A program made the translations under genes and the position numbers. A DNA stretch of 30,430 nucleotides from a virus (lineage: Duplodnaviria > Caudoviricetes). The notes under the pieces were generated by a model. The model saw only the letters and a program-made list of their open reading frames with translations. It had not been told where the DNA came from and made no database searches. Below, in pieces: positions 25,755 through 30,430 of this stretch (positions are counted from its first letter, which is position 1; every line of letters begins with the position of its first letter). The stretch spans positions 1 to 30,430 of the IMG/VR virus record IMGVR_UViG_3300045540_000020. One strand, written 5' to 3'.

Positions 25755-25950
25755 GTTTTTCGAAGAAGAACGTCACAGGTGTGAAGTCAGACAAGTAATC
25801 AAGTGGCGAGTGCAAGACAGAAACAAGGCAATGGAGTACCTGCAAGCGGTAGCAAATAAAAGAGGCCAGGATGCAGCGGACAGGTTAAGGAAAGATTCTG
25901 CTGAACAATGGGAACGTAAAAATAGAGGTCTACAAGGAGATTGGAAATGA
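25726..25950 (+). CDS. Hypothetical protein
   Basis: 74 aa, EEERHRCEVR motif; start uncertain. Confidence 0.6.
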   Translation: MITKDGFVHEFFEEERHRCEVRQVIKWRVQDRNKAMEYLQAVANKRGQDAADRLRKDSAEQWERKNRGLQGDWK

Positions 25951-26171
25951 CTAGAGATGACATTGTTAAATGGGCGCATGAAGCTGGAATGATTCCGCCT
26001 GGTTGGAGTGCTACTGAAAATCAATGGTACGCACTTGAGGTTTTTGCTGAGTTAGTTTCAATTGCACAAAATGAAAGATGTGCAATGATGTGTGTAGATG
26101 ATAGCGATAAAGAAGGTTGGGTTGGTAGACATTATGCTGACATGATACTTGCAAGATGGGGTGAGGAATGA
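25947..26171 (+). CDS. Hypothetical phage protein
   Basis: MTRDDIVKWAHEAGM start with ATGA overlap after GGAG. Confidence 0.6.
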   Translation: MTRDDIVKWAHEAGMIPPGWSATENQWYALEVFAELVSIAQNERCAMMCVDDSDKEGWVGRHYADMILARWGEE

Positions 26172-26461
26172 GGGCTGCTAGAGTTGACGTAAATCAAAAG
26201 CACATTGTCAATTGCTTACGTAAAGAAGGTTACACAGTACAACATTTGCATAACGTCGGTGAAGGCTGCCCAGACATTTTAGTCGGCTACAAAGGATTAA
26301 ATATCTTGATGGAGATCAAGGACGGTAGAAAGCCTGAGTCAGAACGAAAGCTCACAGCTCAACAAGTAATCTTTCATAAGATGTGGAAAGGACAAGTTGA
26401 GGTTGTCACTAGCCCAGAGCAAGCAATTCTGACTGTCTTAGCGCATACCAATGGCAAATAA
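26168..26461 (+). CDS. VRR-NUC-like PD-(D/E)XK nuclease
   Basis: GCPDILVG...MEIKDG...LTAQQ..F motif. Confidence 0.75.
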   Translation: MRAARVDVNQKHIVNCLRKEGYTVQHLHNVGEGCPDILVGYKGLNILMEIKDGRKPESERKLTAQQVIFHKMWKGQVEVVTSPEQAILTVLAHTNGK

Positions 26462-26909
26462 CAAAAAGCCACGTAAGCGTCATGTACCACGTAGGAACAT
26501 CTTGCCAATGACGATTCGACATAATGCACAGAGTGAGCAAACATTGCAATTAATACCGCATACCGAACTAATGAAGCTACGAGAAGGTGTAGGTGACGAA
26601 ATAGGCTGGAATACGATCACAGCTCGATTAAACGTCGGGTTAGTGGCTGCATACCAGGCAGATTTTGATCCTGAGTATTACTTGCTAATGGATAGTTTAA
26701 AAGCAATTGTTAATGTGCGAGAGAGATTTTTAAATACTGGCAGATGGGGGTTATCTGGCGATGATCTTAAAAGTATTGGCGATGGATTAGTCACTGTTGA
26801 TAATCTACAGCTATCAATAACAAGAAAACAATTATCAAAAGCTATTGACTATGTATTTAAAAACGCAGGGGCTTTAGATGATGTTTCTAACTTATACGTG
26901 CAAATATGA
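26451..26909 (+). CDS. Hypothetical protein
   Basis: 152 aa with a basic N-terminus; overlaps both neighbours. Confidence 0.65.
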   Translation: MANNKKPRKRHVPRRNILPMTIRHNAQSEQTLQLIPHTELMKLREGVGDEIGWNTITARLNVGLVAAYQADFDPEYYLLMDSLKAIVNVRERFLNTGRWGLSGDDLKSIGDGLVTVDNLQLSITRKQLSKAIDYVFKNAGALDDVSNLYVQI

Positions 26910-27382
26910 GGATAAATTTAACTGAAGCTGAGTTATTTGTTTGCAGAATGCTAGGTGTTATGCGTAGAGCTGAAGCAATGCACAAAGTATCAAACAAACA
27001 GGTCGGTAAAGATGATACATGGTCAATTGATATTGATGGCGTTGTTTCTGAATACTGCGTTGCTAAAATGTTAAATATATGTCCTGATTTAACTGTTAGC
27101 GTAAGAAGTGGTGGTGTTGATTTAATTAGCTCAAAAGGAAAAACAATTGATGTTAAATCTACGCGACATAAAAATGGCAGATTACTTGCGACATTAAAAA
27201 AAGTTGATGATCCTTGCGATATTTATGTTCTGGCTATTGTGGATGATTTTGGAGCTGATATTGTTGGGTGGTGTAGTAATGACGAGTTATTTTCTGATAA
27301 AAACAAAATTGATTTAGGTCATGGTATTGGATATGGATTAAATCAAGAATATCTAAATAAATTTAAAAATGACAAATCCTAA
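26906..27382 (+). CDS. Putative PD-(D/E)XK-fold nuclease-like protein
   Basis: G..SE...GGVDL...TIDVKST pattern; AT-rich. Confidence 0.55.
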   Translation: MRINLTEAELFVCRMLGVMRRAEAMHKVSNKQVGKDDTWSIDIDGVVSEYCVAKMLNICPDLTVSVRSGGVDLISSKGKTIDVKSTRHKNGRLLATLKKVDDPCDIYVLAIVDDFGADIVGWCSNDELFSDKNKIDLGHGIGYGLNQEYLNKFKNDKS

Positions 27383-27692
27383 TGAAGCAATTGACTACAT
27401 AATCAAGCACTCACAGGCTTATGCTAAAGCTAAAGCTCAAGTTGCTTACTTGACTGAGTACCGCAAGACTAAGAAAGCTATTTGTTTCCAATCAAGCCTA
27501 AGATCAACAATGGCAGAGAAAGAGGCAGACGCTTATGCTCATTCAGAGTACCAGGCTGTATTGGAAGGTCTTAGGGAGGCTGTAGAGGAGGCTGAAAGGC
27601 TTCGCTGGATGCTGATAGCAGCACAGGCTAGAGTTGATGTTTACAGGACACAAGAAGCTAGCAATAGATCAATAGATAGGAGTACAAGATGA
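27369..27692 (+). CDS. Helical hypothetical protein
   Basis: 107 aa coiled-coil-like; AEKEADAYAH and RTQEASNR motifs. Confidence 0.7.
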   Translation: MTNPNEAIDYIIKHSQAYAKAKAQVAYLTEYRKTKKAICFQSSLRSTMAEKEADAYAHSEYQAVLEGLREAVEEAERLRWMLIAAQARVDVYRTQEASNRSIDRSTR

Positions 27693-28168
27693 TTACTCAA
27701 GAAATAATTAAAAATATTTTTATTTATGAAAATGGAAATTTAATTAGAAAATCTAAAAAAAATATTACTTCATTTGCTGGATGGATAAATACAGTAAATA
27801 GAGGAAAAAAATATATAAGACTTAGTATTAATAAAAAACAGCTATATTTACGTCAAGTAATTTATTTGTATTTTTATGGATATATTCCTAAGTATATAGA
27901 TCATATTAATGGAAATTCTCTTGATAATAGAATTGAAAATTTAAGAGAAACAAATCAAAGTTTAAATACAGCAAATAGTATGCTTTCAAAAGCAAATACA
28001 AGTGGATATAAAGGAGTTGTTTGGAGAAAAGATACAAATAAATGGATGGCTCAAATAACTAAAAATAGAAAAAGTTATAAACTTGGCTGTTTCGATAATA
28101 TTGAAGATGCTGCAAATGCTTATAAAATCGCATCAAAAGAATTTTTTGGCGAATTTGCTAGGTCATAG
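27689..28168 (+). CDS. HNH-AP2 homing endonuclease
   Basis: IDHINGNSLDNRIENLR...N (HNH) and NTSGYKGV.W...WMAQI...LGCF...AANAY...FGEFA (AP2); very AT-rich; AGGAG RBS. Confidence 0.9.
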   Translation: MITQEIIKNIFIYENGNLIRKSKKNITSFAGWINTVNRGKKYIRLSINKKQLYLRQVIYLYFYGYIPKYIDHINGNSLDNRIENLRETNQSLNTANSMLSKANTSGYKGVVWRKDTNKWMAQITKNRKSYKLGCFDNIEDAANAYKIASKEFFGEFARS

Positions 28169-28204
28169 GCTTCTAATCGCAGCATAGATAAAAGGACAAT
28201 GTAA
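28169..28204 (+). pseudogene. Displaced 3' end of gene 27369-27692
   Basis: Reads ASNRSIDKRTM*, matching the current end ASNRSIDRSTR* at 27657-27692. Confidence 0.75.
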
Positions 28205-28389
28205 TGGATAAAAATGTACAGCAAGTTAGACAAAAGTTAGCAAATCGAGCCGAGTTCGGCATGATGAAATACGGTGTCAGCACAGAGCGTACAGACTTAT
28301 CTGCAAAGCAATGGCTTATTCATGCACAAGAGGAAGCGATGGATTTAGCTGTCTACCTGCAAAGACTTATAGACGATATTGATGACTAA
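28204..28389 (+). CDS. Small helical protein, possibly NTP-pyrophosphatase-like
   Basis: G..KYG...WLIHAQEEAMDLAVYL motif. Confidence 0.6.
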   Translation: MDKNVQQVRQKLANRAEFGMMKYGVSTERTDLSAKQWLIHAQEEAMDLAVYLQRLIDDIDD

Positions 28390-28678
28390 AGATGAAAAGA
28401 AATACCTATCGAAACTGGTAGACATTGGCTGTATAATTTGCTATAGGAATGGCTATCCTCAGACACCGGCAGAAGTGCATCATGTCAGGGGATTAGGGCT
28501 AGGTATGGGTGTCAGAAGTGGGCATTACGACACTATCCCACTGTGTCCTAGCCACCACAGAGGTAATGATGGGTATCACGGTATGGGTCGCAAAGCCTTT
28601 GAACGGAAGTACCAGATAACCGAAATTGACTTACTTGTACAAGTTAAGGGGTTGCTAAATGAAAAAGACGAAAGCTGA
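28379..28678 (+). CDS. Ref-like / DUF968-like HNH-fold nuclease
   Basis: GCIIC...AEVHH...IPLCPSHH...H.G...FE.KY pattern. Confidence 0.7.
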   Translation: MMTKDEKKYLSKLVDIGCIICYRNGYPQTPAEVHHVRGLGLGMGVRSGHYDTIPLCPSHHRGNDGYHGMGRKAFERKYQITEIDLLVQVKGLLNEKDES

Positions 28679-28823
28679 AAAGAAGGTCAGTAAGGTGATG
28701 ACTGAGTTTAAGGGCGGTACATTGCACTCAGGCAAAGGCGGCCCTGTAGTAAAGAATCCTAAGCAAGCTATCGCAATTGCATTATCAGAGGCAAAAATTG
28801 CCAAGAAAGGGAAGAAAAAATGA
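28659..28823 (+). CDS. 54 aa Lys-rich protein (DUF6496-like; not in ORF track)
   Basis: MKKTKAEKKVSKVMTEFKGGTLHSGKGGPVVKNPKQAIAIALSEAKIAKKGKKK*. Confidence 0.7.
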   Translation: MKKTKAEKKVSKVMTEFKGGTLHSGKGGPVVKNPKQAIAIALSEAKIAKKGKKK

Positions 28824-29014
28824 AAGGTTTAAAAAGCTGCGGTAAATGCAAGGGCGGTGAGTGCAAAGGCGGTAAGGGTTGTATGAGGGAAGAAAAAGAA
28901 GAAAGCATGGAACATTCCGGTAAAAATGGCAAAAAAGGCATGACTGTAGCGATTATGGTTGCTATGCCTAAGCGTGGTCAGCGTACAGCTACTAATAAGG
29001 CGAAGAAGAAATGA
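28820..29014 (+). CDS. 64 aa Lys/Gly/Cys-rich protein
   Basis: CGKCKGGECKGGKGC repeat-like N-terminus; ATGA overlaps at both ends. Confidence 0.6.
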   Translation: MKGLKSCGKCKGGECKGGKGCMREEKEESMEHSGKNGKKGMTVAIMVAMPKRGQRTATNKAKKK

Positions 29015-29160
29015 AGCCTGGACTTTACGCAAACATTAACGCAAAACGCAAGCGTATCGCTGAAGGTTCAGGCGAAAAGATGCGTAAGGTAGGCGCTAAA
29101 GGCGCTCCGACTAAAGCTGATTTCAAAGAATCGGCTAAAACTGTAAAGAAAAAGAAATGA
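29011..29160 (+). CDS. 49 aa Lys-rich protein (not in ORF track)
   Basis: MKPGLYANINAKRKRIAEGSGEKMRKVGAKGAPTKADFKESAKTVKKKK*; ATGA overlaps at both ends. Confidence 0.7.
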   Translation: MKPGLYANINAKRKRIAEGSGEKMRKVGAKGAPTKADFKESAKTVKKKK

Positions 29161-29408
29161 TTAAGCGAGGCAAAGAGGAGTTTGCTGGCTATAACAAGCC
29201 TAAAAAAACACCTAGCCACCCTACTAAAAGCCACGTGGTATTGGCTAAAGAGGGTGATGAGGTTAAGTTGATTAGGTTTGGTCAGCAAGGTGCTACAGGT
29301 AGCCCTGACGGTTCAAAGCGTAATGAGGCATTTAAAGCTCGTCATGCCAAGAACATCGCTAAAGGCAAGATGTATGCTGCTTTCTGGGCCAATAAGGTGA
29401 AGTGGTGA
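29157..29408 (+). CDS. 83 aa basic phage protein
   Basis: KLIRFGQQG...FKARH...AAFWANKVKW motif. Confidence 0.7.
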   Translation: MIKRGKEEFAGYNKPKKTPSHPTKSHVVLAKEGDEVKLIRFGQQGATGSPDGSKRNEAFKARHAKNIAKGKMYAAFWANKVKW

Positions 29409-29926
29409 GCCATCAAAGCCAGCTTGATTTCGTTGCAGGTGTAAAAGCTAGATTCCCTAATTACTTTACCGACAAAAAGGTATTAGAAATTGGCTCTCTT
29501 GACATCAATGGCTCTATTCGTGCCTTTTTTGATACTACTAGCTATATTGGCGTGGACGTTGGAGAGGGTCGTGGAGTTGACGTTGTAGCCAGGGGAGAGG
29601 ATTTAGTATTTCCTGAGAGCTACTTCGATGTAGTGGCAAGCTGTGAATGTTTTGAGCATAACGAACAATGGGTTAAAACCTTTGAGAATATGGTCAGAAT
29701 GGCTAACGGATTAGTATTTTTTAGTTGCGCTACTACTGGGAGGCCTGAGCATGGAACCAGCAGGACTAGCAGGGCTGACAATCCTTTTCTTGGCGATTAT
29801 TATCTTAACTTAACAGAGCAAGACTTTAGAGATAAGTGCGATTTAAGCAAGTTTGAGCAATACGAATTTTCGACTAATGACTCACCTGCTGATCTTTACT
29901 TTTGGGGCTTATGCAAGCAATCGTGA
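29405..29926 (+). CDS. Class I SAM-dependent methyltransferase
   Basis: VLEIGS, YIGVD and FDVVASCECFEH motifs; GTG start at 29405 or 29402. Confidence 0.85.
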   Translation: MSHQSQLDFVAGVKARFPNYFTDKKVLEIGSLDINGSIRAFFDTTSYIGVDVGEGRGVDVVARGEDLVFPESYFDVVASCECFEHNEQWVKTFENMVRMANGLVFFSCATTGRPEHGTSRTSRADNPFLGDYYLNLTEQDFRDKCDLSKFEQYEFSTNDSPADLYFWGLCKQS

Positions 29927-30430
29927 TATGTAGTACAGGGAACGTCGGCTTAACGGTACTGGTAACTGCTTTAGAGGTCTATGCACCTCATATACCAGTG
30001 TACATAAGCTGCAATACGCCTAAATGTTTCGGTAAGCATATAAAGATGATTCCGAACATGGAGTCTAACTTTGGTGATGCCTACAATGTAGCTACAGACT
30101 ATGCGTTTGCTCAGGGATATGATTCTGTGATCCTGGCTAATGATGATGTAGTACCTACGCCTAGCACTATTACTAAAATGGCAGTAGATTGGGATTTGCT
30201 CAAGAACGCAGGGTATAAGGTTGGCTTTTTGGGTACTAGGTCTGACTTTGTATTGCCTGAGCAGAATATACGTTATCCTATCGTCGATGATGATTTTGTA
30301 GGTTTACGCTATCGCAGCGAGGGATTTATAAAGAAGGCACAGACTATTGCACCTATCTTTGCGTCAGTCTCTAAAGAAGCATGGAAAGCAGCTAAGTTTC
30401 CTAGTGTAAACTGGTATTCTGATAACATTA
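29911..30430 (+). CDS. GT-A fold glycosyltransferase (partial, runs off the window; not in ORF track)
   Basis: Open frame MQAIVICSTG...SNFGDAYN...VILANDDVV...WYSDNI; the NFG..YN and NDD motifs are GT2-like. Confidence 0.7.
   Translation, partial: MQAIVICSTGNVGLTVLVTALEVYAPHIPVYISCNTPKCFGKHIKMIPNMESNFGDAYNVATDYAFAQGYDSVILANDDVVPTPSTITKMAVDWDLLKNAGYKVGFLGTRSDFVLPEQNIRYPIVDDDFVGLRYRSEGFIKKAQTIAPIFASVSKEAWKAAKFPSVNWYSDNI

Noticed and set aside
29405-29926. DNA methyltransferase of a restriction-modification system
   Set aside because: It lacks DPPY/NPPY or PCQ catalytic motifs, is too short, and has no adjacent restriction enzyme.

Overview
About 30 kb of a dsDNA tailed phage genome, most likely a short-tailed (podovirus-like) phage of a Gram-negative host; the host assignment is inference. 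+ strand 1-19.6 kb is a late operon: end of a probable portal, scaffold, major capsid, a GT-A glycosyltransferase, adaptor and tail proteins, four Gly/Ala/Gln-rich ejection-type proteins, tail fibre, a 14-repeat double beta-propeller, tail chaperone, lysis genes interrupted by an antisense HNH endonuclease, and a metallophosphoesterase. - strand 19.5-22.8 kb is an early operon (MazG-like, HTH, HNH-like, small SSB-like, ERF) with a clear sigma70-type promoter. + strand 23.1-30.4 kb carries a replication initiator, a primase Zn-binding domain, a DnaB-like helicase, nucleases, an HNH-AP2 homing endonuclease, four small basic proteins, a methyltransferase and a second glycosyltransferase. I saw no integrase, DNA polymerase, terminase, tRNA, reverse transcriptase or CRISPR array. 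Most notable: (1) a promoter-driven, c4-like three-way-junction RNA with two seeds matching two upstream sites, directly in front of the replication initiator; (2) an HNH-AP2 insertion that supplied a recoded 3' end for the upstream gene while the apparent original end survives downstream; (3) a highly repetitive 2x7-blade propeller with variable loops; (4) a two-hairpin element with an anti-Shine-Dalgarno loop; (5) 11-bp-phased GATATC boxes inside the initiator gene. All product calls come from motif recognition and synteny, not from database searches.
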